NCBI GenBank assembly: GCA_045648645.1
Contig: JAZROH010000116.1
Span: forward strand, 3,014-67,013
Length of the DNA: 64,000 nucleotides
Source: Clostridia bacterium
Lineage (GTDB): Bacteria; Bacillota; Clostridia; UMGS1883; UMGS1540
Direction of reading: 5' to 3'
This document shows, one piece after another, positions 42,570 through 52,994 of the stretch (positions are counted from its first letter, which is position 1; every line of letters starts with the position of its first letter). The position numbers and the translations under genes are program-made. The notes beneath the pieces are model-generated. The model saw only the letters and a list, made by a program, of their open reading frames with translations. It ran no database searches and was not told where the DNA came from.

Positions 42570-43839
42570 AAAGCATATCTCCTTTACAATCCAGAATTTT
42601 TATTGGCAGGATTTTTCCTTGTAAAGATTCTTCCGTTACTGAATCTATAATCACCCGTACAAAATGAGGTGTAAAACCGGATAGTTCGCCTTCTTTATGC
42701 TCAAATAAAACATTTTGTTCTGTGCCGATAAATGATTGCACGTATTGATGTCGTAATTCTTCAGCTTTAGCAATTAAGATTTTGGCTCGACTTTCGCGGA
42801 GTGAGCGGGGAAGATGTCCTTCCATTTTGGCTGCACGCGTCCCTTCGCGAATAGAATAGGGAAAAACGTGTATGCCGCTAAGCTTTACTTTTTCAACAAA
42901 TTGAAGTGTTTCAGAATACTCTTCCTCAGTTTCACCGGGAAAGCCGGTTATAATATCTGTGGTCACTGCCGTATCCGGCCGGATTAGACGGAGTTTATTA
43001 ATTGTTTCTGCATACTCCTCTGCTGTATATCTTCGGTTCATACGTCTAAGAACGGAGGTTGAACCGCTTTGAAGTGAAATGTGAAAATGTGGACAAAGCT
43101 TTTCAACATCCTTATATGTAGTAAGAATCTCATCATCAAATGCAGTAGGGTCAATGGAACTTATGCGAATTCGCTTTATACCGTCAATTTCTGCTACCAT
43201 TCGAATAATTTTGCTTAAGCTTACATCCGTACCACGTCCAAAAGAGGCAACGTGGATACCCGTGAGTACCACTTCCTGAAAACCGTTTTGGGATAAAGTT
43301 TCAATTTCCGAAAGTATATCTTTGGGGTCTCTGCTTCTTACTTTACCACGAACATAGGGGATGATACAGTAACTGCAAAAGCGGTCGCATCCATCCTGAA
43401 TTTTAACAAAAGCCCTATCTCTTTCTTCAAAATTTGAAACCTTAAGTTCTTGATATTCGGTAATACAAGAAAGGTCGTCCAGTAATGAGCGCTGTTTTTT
43501 TGCGCCTTCTACAGCATTAACGATATTTTGTTTTTGCGTCACGCCGACAATGACGTCAACTTCGGGCATATTAGATAAAAATTCACCGGATGATTGTGCC
43601 ATACAGCCCACAGCGGCTACGATTGCATCAGGGTTTTTCGACTTTGCGCGACGTAAAATTTGTCTGCATTTCCGTTCGCTTTCCGCCGTGACAGTGCATG
43701 TATTAATAATATAAATATCTGCCGTTTCTTCAAAAGGAAGAACGGTGTAGCCGTTTTGTATGAACAGTGACTCCATAGCCGCCGTTTCATATTGATTTAC
43801 CCGACAACCTAAAGTATAAAATGAAACCGTTTTTTTCAT
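42550..43839 (-). CDS. mtaB: Radical-SAM methylthiotransferase, MtaB-like (tRNA ms2t6A)
   Basis: MTTase N-domain (FYTLGCRVNQYE), radical-SAM CDRFCSYCIIPYVRGKVRSR and C-terminal TRAM. The ~430 aa length fits MtaB rather than MiaB or RimO. Confidence 0.7.
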   Translation of the reverse strand: MKKTVSFYTLGCRVNQYETAAMESLFIQNGYTVLPFEETADIYIINTCTVTAESERKCRQILRRAKSKNPDAIVAAVGCMAQSSGEFLSNMPEVDVIVGVTQKQNIVNAVEGAKKQRSLLDDLSCITEYQELKVSNFEERDRAFVKIQDGCDRFCSYCIIPYVRGKVRSRDPKDILSEIETLSQNGFQEVVLTGIHVASFGRGTDVSLSKIIRMVAEIDGIKRIRISSIDPTAFDDEILTTYKDVEKLCPHFHISLQSGSTSVLRRMNRRYTAEEYAETINKLRLIRPDTAVTTDIITGFPGETEEEYSETLQFVEKVKLSGIHVFPYSIREGTRAAKMEGHLPRSLRESRAKILIAKAEELRHQYVQSFIGTEQNVLFEHKEGELSGFTPHFVRVIIDSVTEESLQGKILPIKILDCKGDMLYGKPKP

Positions 43840-43950
43840 AGTATTTCCTTTAAATTTAAATTCCTCTTTATTTTACCATAATAAAAAAATAAAGTCAAAT
43901 GCAAAATACGCATTTGAAAGAAAACTTATCAAATTAAAAGTATCAACATA

Positions 43951-43989
43951 GAAAAATCCTTGTAACACTTACAATTACAAGGATTTTTC
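43951..43989. repeat. Perfect 15-bp inverted repeat with 9-nt spacer
   Basis: GAAAAATCCTTGTAA-cacttacaa-TTACAAGGATTTTTC in the mtaB/giant-ORF intergenic region. It is not followed by a clean U-tract on either strand. Confidence 0.5.
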
Positions 43990-44166
43990 TATCTTTATAC
44001 AGGTGTTTCAAGTGAACGCCCTATTAATTTATTTAATTCCCATTAAAAGTTCCATAACATACATTTCGAGTGCTTCGTAATTTCTTTCTTCCATTCATTT
44101 CTTTTCAAAAGCATAGTCGTAGCGATTCAGCTTTTCTTCCAGCATTTTTGTAATCTTCAAGCTGTT

Positions 44167-47100
44167 TTGCTTCGAGGTTTAAATGATGACCAGGCATTTT
44201 CTTTGGGTGTTATTGCAGCAGCAGTTGAGGGGCTAACGGAGAAATATTCCCTGGAGGCACTTTTAGATGACAGCGTCAAAGGATGGAGATACATCGCGCA
44301 AAACGCTCTGACGGAAGCGAGCGAAGAAACAGCCTCGAGCGCTATAAACTTTATGGCGGATATAGCCGTTTCCAAAGAAAAATTGGAATGGATAAAAGCA
44401 ATCGAACGATATGAGAAGAGCGGTCACAGCGCAAAAGAGGCATACGGAAAAGCCTTTGGGGACCAACTTCTTTCCATTGGGTTAGATGCGCTGGGCGGTG
44501 CGATTTCGGGCGGCGTTTTAGCGGGCTCTATCTCTTTGATTAACAGCGTTTCGAACAGCCGAGAAAACCGCGCGGAGCGAAAGGCAGCATTGGCGGGACT
44601 CCGAGAAGATGCGCAAAAAGAGCTTGCAAAGCGGGAAGGGATGCAGCCGATAACAGAGGCAGACGCGCCGACGATAGCACCTTCCTCTAACGGCGCACAG
44701 GGCGTCCGGGGTATTACCCCTACAAAAACCACACCGAGCATCGTTCTTCCGACAGCCGAAACAGCCGGACAAACAATTACATTGCCGACAGCAAAGGACG
44801 CTATGGGGCAGAATGCCGAAGCAGCTAACGGCGGCATGACGGAAGAAGACTACGATGCAAGAATGGACGTTCTGGAAGCTGAGGCGAGCATGGCGGGCGA
44901 AAGCATGCTGTACGAGGATGGGCGGCAATTTTCGATTGTGGGAAAAACTGAGGACGGAAGGAAAATATATAAAACCAACTATCCAAAGGGTACGCCGAAG
45001 GCTGTAAAACAAAACGATGTCATCCAAATGGTGCAAAACATCTGGTCGAAAAAGCCGATTGAATTGACAATTGTAAACGAGGAGACAGGAGAAACAGAAA
45101 CAATAACAGCAAAATTCAATCCGGAACTCGGGGAACGCAGCGACCTTTCAAAAATTGCTTTCGGGAACAGAAAGGGAACCGGTAGCGAAAAAAGAATGAC
45201 TTTAGACTTGGCTCCCGATTTTTACCAAATTGCGCAGGATGCAAGCCATACCGGCGGGAAGGCGGAAACAGGGAAAGACAATCCGGCGCATGATGATGTG
45301 AAAAGATGGGAATATTTTGTTACAAATCTTGTATACGAAGATGAACAGGGCATGCAAACAGATGCACATATGAACATTGACGTGAAAAGAACAAGCGATG
45401 GAGAGTTTTTCTATTCTTTCGGAATGGAAAAAGGAACTGCCCCACAGGCTTTACTTGCTGTGGTAGACGAAGATGCTTCGCCAACAGTTCCTGAAAATAG
45501 TATACCACAATCCACGCCCGATAGTCAAGAAAATTCTGGGTCAAATCTTTTTGGACCGACTGTACTGCCGACAGCGAAGGAACAAATGGAGCAGGCAAAG
45601 AGAGAAAAACGGGCAGCAAAGGCAAAAACGGAGACGGAACGGACAGGGATACTCTTAGGCGTTCCGGACAAAATTATACAGGAAGCCGTACGGATATCAA
45701 AAGCGCTCGGCGTTGACGTTCTTTTCTATCGAAACACAGGCGGCAAGGTAACAAACGACCGGGGGTATTATAATCATAATAACGGCAAAATTTATCTTAA
45801 CGCCGACATCACGGATCCTATTGCGTTCATCTTAGGGCATGAGATGATACACGACATACAGCTTACGGACGGATATATAAAATTTGCAGATGCGGTACTT
45901 AAAAAAATTCAGAAGGATGGCGGGGACCTTGCGGCAATCCGAAAGGAACTTCGGGACCGCTATGCCAGAAACGGCGTAAAGCTTGATTCCATCGCCAAGA
46001 TAGACCAGGATGTGATAGCGGAATATGCGCAGGAGCATCTTTTTACGGATGAGGCAAGCATTGTTTCCGTTGTAAATGCCGACAAGGAAAGCGGCAATGC
46101 GATTTTACGCTTCTTAGATAAAACGCTTGCGGCGCTGGGAAACACAAATGCGCGGGAAAGGGTATTCGTCGAAAAGGCGCGTTCCTTATATGCGGCAGCG
46201 CTTCGGCAGAATGCAGGTATGAAAAACGCCGAACGATGGAAGGGCGAAACAAAGGCGGCACAAACACAAACGACGGCAGACTACGCTTCCGGAGATATGA
46301 CGGACGCGGAATACGACGAGAGAATGGACGTTCTGGAAGCTGAAAGAAGTATGGCGGGCGAAAGCATGCTGTATGAGGATGGGCGGCAGTTTGCAATCGG
46401 AAAAGACAAAGGGGTTGCAAAACGGGATGAAAAGAGATATAATAATTTAAACGATAAATCGGGAGGAGAAAGTCATGCCGATACTGGAAAACATGACAGT
46501 GTCAGAACGACACAATTACGAGAGAATGAAAAAACGGGGATATACAGACGAACAAATCAAGAAAATGCTCCAAGATATACGAGACATACCGAAGGAGAAA
46601 AAGGAGGAAATTTACCGTCTTATCCGCGAGAAAATGACGGTGACATCCCAAAAAGAGGAATCATAAAGAGCGTTTTTCATGGGACGCCGTACAGATTCAA
46701 GGCGTTTTTAAAAAGCTATATTGACATAGGAATTCATTTCGGGACTAAGGCTCAGGCAGAGGCAAGACTTTCAGACGTTAAGGGGCATATCGACGAATTT
46801 GATTTAAGAATTGAAAACCCACTTGTCACAAAGGATATTTTTGGTGAAAGAGTTGCGGAACAATATGCAGAAGAGATATTGCAAGAGGCGAATCTTTCAG
46901 AAAACGAGAAAACAGTTTTCCAAAAAGAACTTGATGAGTTTTACAATTCCGACATTAAAATGCTGGCGACTGATTCCCTTAAGGAAAAGCTATCTGAAGG
47001 AAAACATAAATTAAATGTGGATATTCAAACGGACGGCATACACGTTACCTTGGCATTGGTTGACGATGAACTTAAAATCAACGAAATTCCAATGGCGGAG

Positions 47101-50100
47101 CTTATTGATAAAAACAAGTTGGTCGAGATTTTAGGATTTAAGGATACCATTCAAACGCTTGAAAGTAAAAGTTTATCCGAGAAGGCAATAGGGAAAATAA
47201 CTCCATACATTTTCGACGCAGTGCTCCCGTTTGAAGTTCAGTTTTTAAAGCTTCGAAAAATCGAGAGCATATTACAATCTTTTGGCTATGATGGCTTCGC
47301 CTACAGAAACGAAAATGAAGGAGAAGGATGGTCGTACGCTGTTTTTGATGACAGCCAAATTATTAGAAAAACAGATATAACGAACGAAGATTTACTGGAG
47401 CGCCAGTACGCTATCGCAAAAGACAGCACTGCAGAAACCGTAGCTGAGAATTTACCACGAAAAGCACAGGCAGCACTAAGCCAGACGGAAAACAGGTTAT
47501 CGGAGCGTATCGGGGAAATCTTAGGCGTTCCAAAGCAGGCGCAGAGAGAATACCTAAAAGAGATTATCCGGGACATATCGGAAGACTACCTGCAGAGCGG
47601 CACCATCGACCGGGCGAAAGCGGACGCACTTTTTGAGGAAGCTTACAAGCAGGGCATTGTGGTGGATGCTGACTATTACGAAAAATATAAACATATCCGC
47701 GACCATCTGCGAGACACACAGCTTACCATTTCGCCGGAGGATAGTTCGAGCATTGTGGATTTCAATGCCTTCCGGAAAAGCACTTTCAGGAAGCTTCGTA
47801 TCGTAAACGAAGGGGGACTCCCGGTAGACGTGGCGTATGCAGAGCTTACGGAGATGGCGCCGGAATTATTCCCGGAGGACATTACCCATCCGGCGGACCA
47901 GCTGCAGCACATGTTTGAAATTGCGGACGGCATACGAAAAACAGAGCAGACGCTGGACGAAGCCTACGGGGAGGACGCGGAAACCTTCAAGGAGGCAGCA
48001 AGAGACGAATTCCATGCGGCACTCAACTCCGCGGCGGCGGATTTTAAACGGGTCAAGCGCTATTCTGAAGACAGAAACAGAATTGCCGGAGAACAGGAAG
48101 CGGAGAAGAAGGAAACCGTGCAAAGCCGGGAGGAGCTGGACGAGGCGTACAAAAACCTGAAAACAGCCCGGCGGAACATGGAAAAGGTAAAACGAAGCGC
48201 GCTACTGACAGAGCAGGACGAAATGCGTGTGGGACAGCTTCTGCGCGGGGAAATCAGCCCTATGATGCTGGATCCGGAAACGGACAATGTAAAAGACATT
48301 CTGACGGTGTATCGCGCAAAGCAAGAATATGAAAAATATGCAAAGCGCATCCGGGACTGGAACAGAAGACGTCGGGAAGGTTTAGCGGCACAGGCGAGAG
48401 AATACCTTACAAACATCAGAAAATGGAAAGATAAGGTACACCTTGGCGGACTTCGATATTCCCGCGAAACCATGGAACGAAACTTCCGGGATATTATGGG
48501 CACGGATGCAGATGCACTTATTGCAGAATATCTTACGCCGGTACATAAGGCGCAGGCGGCGGCGACGCGGCTTAAAAACGAAATGCGAGGAAAGGTGAAA
48601 TCCTTACAGCTTTCCCGCAAGGTGGCGGCGGGAAACACCGTTTCCGAAGCGCATGCAGTGCAGCTCCTTGGAGAAGCGGAGGACAACATTGCCGTTTTAA
48701 AAGTGATGCCAAAGGACACAAAGCGAGACGGCAAGACGCTTTCGGAGTGGGAAGGGACTGTCGCAAAGCTTTGGGCGGAAAACCCCAATTTGGACAAAGG
48801 GAAAATCCGCGGGGCGGTGCAGACCTTCCGGGACATATACGACGACCTCTTTGCGCAGATGAACGAGGCAAGAGTGCGGAACGGGTACGAACCGGTAAAC
48901 TATCGAAGAGGATACTTCCCGCACTTTCAACCGGGAGACGAAGGGGTATTGGCGCAGTTTGGCAGAGCTCTTGGGATTGACACGGCGGTATCGGCGCTGC
49001 CGACAACCATTAACGGCATGACGCATGTGTTTAAGCCCGGCATACGATGGCTCGGAAACGCACAGGAACGTCTTGGCTTTAACACGGTGTACGATGCGGT
49101 GGAAGGATTTGATAAGTACATCGAGGGCGTGGCGGACGTTATCCACCAGATAGACAACATCCAGAAGCTCCGCGCGCTTGCGAAGGAAATCCGCTATGCG
49201 GCATCGGATGAAGGCGTTAAAAAACAGGTAGACCAGATAGAAGCAAATCCTGCGCTTTCCAGAGACGAGAAGGATGCGCTGATTTCGCAACTTTATGAAA
49301 ACGCCAAGTTCGCTCTGGGCAATTTCGTGGTGGAACTTGACGAATACACAAACCTTTTAGCCAACAAAAAGAGCCGGGCAGACAGGGAAATGGAACGGAA
49401 GCTCGGGAGAGGCATGTACAATATTATGCAGCGGGTAAACGGAAACGTTGCAGGGAACATGGTGGCTCTCAACATTCCGTCATGGCTTACAAACTTTATT
49501 CCGCTGACGCAGGCGTGGGGTCTGGTGAACACAAGGTATTTGCTCCGGGGCATGGGCGATACGATAAAGGCGTACCATAGCGGCGACGACATTGTTTCCC
49601 GCAGCACATTCCTTACAAACCGCCGCGGCACAGACCCGCTTGTACAGATTTGGGAGCAGGGCGAAGAGGCGAAAAATATTCTCGGCAAAATGTGGCGAGG
49701 GTATCAGGCAGGCGTAAACAAGCTTTCGGGCGGCATGGAATTTATTGACGCGTTCACTTCGGATTCCATCGTCCGGGCGAAATACTACCAGAATTTAGAC
49801 GCCGGCATGAGCGAAGCGGCGGCTATGGATGACGCGGACGCTTTTGCAGCGGGTGTTATGGCGGACAGAAGCAAGGGGGCAATGCCCACGACCTTCCACG
49901 AAACCAATCCGGTGAAAAAGCTGTTTACACAGTTTCAACTTGAAGTCAACAATCAGTACAGTTACATGTTTAAGGATATGCCGCGGGCGGTGAAGGAAAG
50001 AGGCATGGCGGAATTTAAAGCCGTCCTCAAAAAGAGAATCAATGAAAAAGAAGAACAATACAATGCACTTTTGCAAAATCTGTCCTCAGGAGCTTTGCCG

Positions 50101-50336
50101 CCTGCAGTTTTGACCGATCTTGGAAAGAAAATGCAGAAGATTAAAGAGGAAATAGAAAGCCTGAAAGCTACCGAGCCGCCGAAGGAATTTGCAGCCCCGG
50201 TTGTCCTTTCATGGCTTGAAAACCTTAAAAACCATCCAGACGATGAAGCGGTTCGTCTCCTGATTGAGAGAATTGATGTAAAAAGCACAACAGACTTCAA
50301 TATGCATAGCACATTAAAGTCTGTTGTGGGTAAAAT

Positions 50337-50358
<22 letters not shown>
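44167..50358 (+). CDS. Giant multidomain protein (2063 aa), polyvalent-protein-like: zincin HExxH metallopeptidase-like module, duplicated module, coiled-coil and large C-terminal domain; possibly 5'-truncated
   Basis: The longest ORF in the window. Its frame opens at 44047, with no ATG and no RBS before a TTG at 44167. HEMIH motif at 45838-45852 (AFILGHEMIHDIQ). A ~105-nt near-identical module occurs at 44832-44936 and again at 46292-46396. A Gly-rich hydrophobic segment sits near the N-terminus. The 3' end overlaps a tRNA gene. GC content is visibly higher than in flanking DNA. Confidence 0.6.
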
Positions 50359-50413
<55 letters not shown>

Positions 50414-50442
50414 ATATTGATATAATTTTCTGAACGAATTAT

Positions 50443-50471
50443 ATTATACTATATTGTTATGCGTTTGTCAA
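50443..50471 (-). promoter_or_regulatory. Consensus sigma-70 promoter for tRNA-fMet
   Basis: On the minus strand: TTGACA, a 17-nt spacer, then TATAAT, ~30 nt upstream of the tRNA 5' end. Confidence 0.65.
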
Positions 50472-50567
50472 GATTTTTATTAAAAAAATTTTATCTTTCC
50501 TAAAAAGAATAAAATTCTTTACATTTCTCCCAAAATATGTTAACATAGAAAGGAGGTGAGATTACAA

Positions 50568-51710
50568 ATGATAGATCTCATATATTTAATGTGGTTACAT
50601 CTTAAAAAAAGCGTAACACCCTTACTAGCGCACCAATTACTTAATAGTTTTGGCTCTGCAGAAAGGGTATATCTTGCCGATAAATGCTCTTATATCAATC
50701 AAGGTTTAACTAATTCACAAATTTTAGCTGATTTGATGGATAAAAATATTGAATCGGCTGATTTTGAAATAAAAAAAGCAAACCAGCTAGGAATATCATT
50801 GTTGGGATTTGGTGTGGAAGGATACCCTGCTCTTTTGTATGAAATAGCCGATCCGCCATTGATTTTATATGTGCAAGGTGATACATCTGTTTTACAAAGG
50901 CGCAATATCTTTTGTATTGTTGGGACTAGAAGGAGTACAGTCTATGGAATGAGTGCTTCACTAGGTGTGGCAGAACAACTGGCACGTTGCGGGATGATAA
51001 TTATCAGTGGTGTTGCTGTTGGAATTGATGCTGCGGCACACCGTGGTGCAGTAAGAGGTGGCGGAAAGACAATTGGGATAATGGGATGTGGTTTAGATGT
51101 GGATTATCCTGCAGAAAACAGAGATGTTCGGCGTCAAATTATAGAAAATGGTGCTTTAATTAGCGAATTCCCGTTTGGCACTCCACCAATACCTTCTAAT
51201 TTTCCTGTTCGTAACCGTCTATTAAGTGCCTTTTCTCTTGGTGTGGCTGTTATGGAGGCTGGTGAGAAAAGCGGCGCACTGATTACTGCTAAATATGCAG
51301 CAGAGCAGGGAAGAGATGTTTTTGCACTTCCCGGTAATATTTCGAATCCTATGTCTGCAGGAACAAATCGTTTAATACAAGACGGTGCCTCTCTTTTAAC
51401 TGGAGCAGAGGTAATAATAACCGAATATTTAATGCGTTATCCTGAGTTTTTTCATTTATCTGAGACACAAGATGAGCAATGTGGTGAAGCCAAGGATAAT
51501 AAATCGAAACTTGAAGTTTCTTCTTTACAAAGATTACAACTTTCTGGTACAGAAAAAAAGATTTTTTCAACACTTGAAAAAGAGCCATTACACATTAATG
51601 AAATTTCGCGACGTGCCGGAATTTCAATTGCAGAAACACTATCGACTATAACCATTTTGCAAATTAAAGGGAAAGTAAAAGAACATCCGGGAAATCAGTT
51701 TAGTGTTTAA
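50568..51710 (+). CDS. dprA: DNA processing protein DprA (Smf)
   Basis: Rossmann-like DprA core (FCIVGTRRSTVYG ... ISGVAVGIDAAAHRGA ... PGNISNPMSAGTNRLIQDGA) and C-terminal winged-helix. RBS AGGAGGTG precedes ATG 50568. Confidence 0.85.
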   Translation: MIDLIYLMWLHLKKSVTPLLAHQLLNSFGSAERVYLADKCSYINQGLTNSQILADLMDKNIESADFEIKKANQLGISLLGFGVEGYPALLYEIADPPLILYVQGDTSVLQRRNIFCIVGTRRSTVYGMSASLGVAEQLARCGMIIISGVAVGIDAAAHRGAVRGGGKTIGIMGCGLDVDYPAENRDVRRQIIENGALISEFPFGTPPIPSNFPVRNRLLSAFSLGVAVMEAGEKSGALITAKYAAEQGRDVFALPGNISNPMSAGTNRLIQDGASLLTGAEVIITEYLMRYPEFFHLSETQDEQCGEAKDNKSKLEVSSLQRLQLSGTEKKIFSTLEKEPLHINEISRRAGISIAETLSTITILQIKGKVKEHPGNQFSV

Positions 51711-51732
51711 CTTTTTATTTCTTTTGACATAT

Positions 51733-51762
51733 AAGTAAGAATGTGTTATAATTATATTAATT
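51733..51762 (+). promoter_or_regulatory. Sigma-A-type promoter for MazG-like/yybS/gdpP/rplI/dnaB operon
   Basis: TTGACA, a 17-nt spacer, then an extended -10 TGtTATAAT. Confidence 0.55.
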
Positions 51763-51782
51763 TTGTATTATTTGAGGAAAAA

Positions 51783-52079
51783 ATGGTTGAGAATATAAAT
51801 TTAGTTGAAATAATTCGAAAGACTGAATTATTAAAAAGTGAAATCATATGTCAAACCGGGGCGTTATATAAGTCTATGTTAGAAGAGAATTCAACGTGTG
51901 GTATTTCCAATATACTAGCAAATTTAATTATAGACATATATCAATTGGGTGATATCATTGGCGTATCTCCGTTTGATTTGGAGCAATCTATTACTGAGAG
52001 ATTAAGTTCAGAGCATAACATAAGTCAGGCAGTTGTAAATAGTTTTTTAAAGGCAAGAAAAACAGGGAAGGGTTTTTAG
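51783..52079 (+). CDS. Small MazG-like nucleotide pyrophosphohydrolase-domain protein (tentative)
   Basis: 98 aa from ATG 51783 (RBS GAGGA). The helical pattern LANLIIDIYQLGDIIGVSPFDLEQSITERL resembles the EExxE/D metal-binding helices of MazG-like proteins. Confidence 0.4.
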   Translation: MVENINLVEIIRKTELLKSEIICQTGALYKSMLEENSTCGISNILANLIIDIYQLGDIIGVSPFDLEQSITERLSSEHNISQAVVNSFLKARKTGKGF

Positions 52080-52082
52080 ATA

Positions 52083-52988
52083 ATGAATAAACATAAACTT
52101 TTTAAGTGGGCTTTTTTTCCATTCATGCTTTTGACTGCGCTTTTGTGTGTTTATGATTATATATTTCTCTCTTTTTTTATAGGGAGTGTATTAATTGCTT
52201 GGTATACTGCACGTTTTGGGATTCAGTATTCCGCATGGGGATTACTTCCGCTTCTGCTTTGTTGTTTACTTACCGGAAATGTAAATATAGCTTTTTTTCT
52301 TTTTTTGCAAAGCATTACAGCGTATATCATAGGCATGTTTATTTATAAGCGTTTGTCATTCTCTTTAATGTTAATTATTGCAACACTGTTTGAAACCTTT
52401 ATTTTAGTTTTGTTTTCACTCAAAATTTGTAATACATTGAACACATCACCTGCTAATCTATTGTTTGGAGAAAGTTTACAGAATTTTTTAAATTTTGCTT
52501 CTCTTTCGGGTGGTTTAGATTCTAAAAAGGTAATGGAAATGAAACAAACACTGCAGATGATATCTAAAATGCTGCAAAGTATGCTGCCTTTTTTTTACCT
52601 ATGTGTATCTTTGCTATGCGTTTATTCAATTTTTGGAGTTACCAGATTCTGTTTAAAAAAACAAAAAACAGAAATTGACACGATGCCTTATTTTTATGAA
52701 TTGTGGTTACCCAGAAGTTGCAGCGTAATTTTTGTTATGTTGTTTTTAATATCTTTCTTTGCTGATTCACCGATTCTAGTAAACGTGACCTCATTCATGT
52801 TTACAATTCATGTAATATGCGGTGTGTCTGTAATTGATTTTTATTTACGAAGAAAAAAAATACTCGGTATATTACGAGTAAGTATTATAAGTCTTCTTTT
52901 GTTCATATCTTCATTTTTAGGGGGGATCTTCACCTCTGTTTTGTGTTGTATTGGAATGACAGAAAAAGCACGTGAATTAAGAAGGTAG
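52083..52988 (+). CDS. yybS: DUF2232 membrane protein (YybS-like)
   Basis: A polytopic membrane protein directly upstream of gdpP-rplI-dnaB. This is the conserved Firmicutes yybS-yybT-rplI-dnaC arrangement. Confidence 0.65.
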   Translation: MNKHKLFKWAFFPFMLLTALLCVYDYIFLSFFIGSVLIAWYTARFGIQYSAWGLLPLLLCCLLTGNVNIAFFLFLQSITAYIIGMFIYKRLSFSLMLIIATLFETFILVLFSLKICNTLNTSPANLLFGESLQNFLNFASLSGGLDSKKVMEMKQTLQMISKMLQSMLPFFYLCVSLLCVYSIFGVTRFCLKKQKTEIDTMPYFYELWLPRSCSVIFVMLFLISFFADSPILVNVTSFMFTIHVICGVSVIDFYLRRKKILGILRVSIISLLLFISSFLGGIFTSVLCCIGMTEKARELRR

Positions 52989-52994
52989 TATATA

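Noticed and set aside
44424-49688. Multiple long antisense ORFs inside the giant ORF (e.g. 44518-45036, 48060-48836, 48697-49290, 49293-49688, all minus strand)
   Set aside because: They are shadow ORFs expected in GC-richer coding DNA. They overlap each other in different frames, are Arg/Ser/Cys/Pro-rich, and have no RBS or recognisable motifs. The sense frame is uninterrupted for 6.2 kb.
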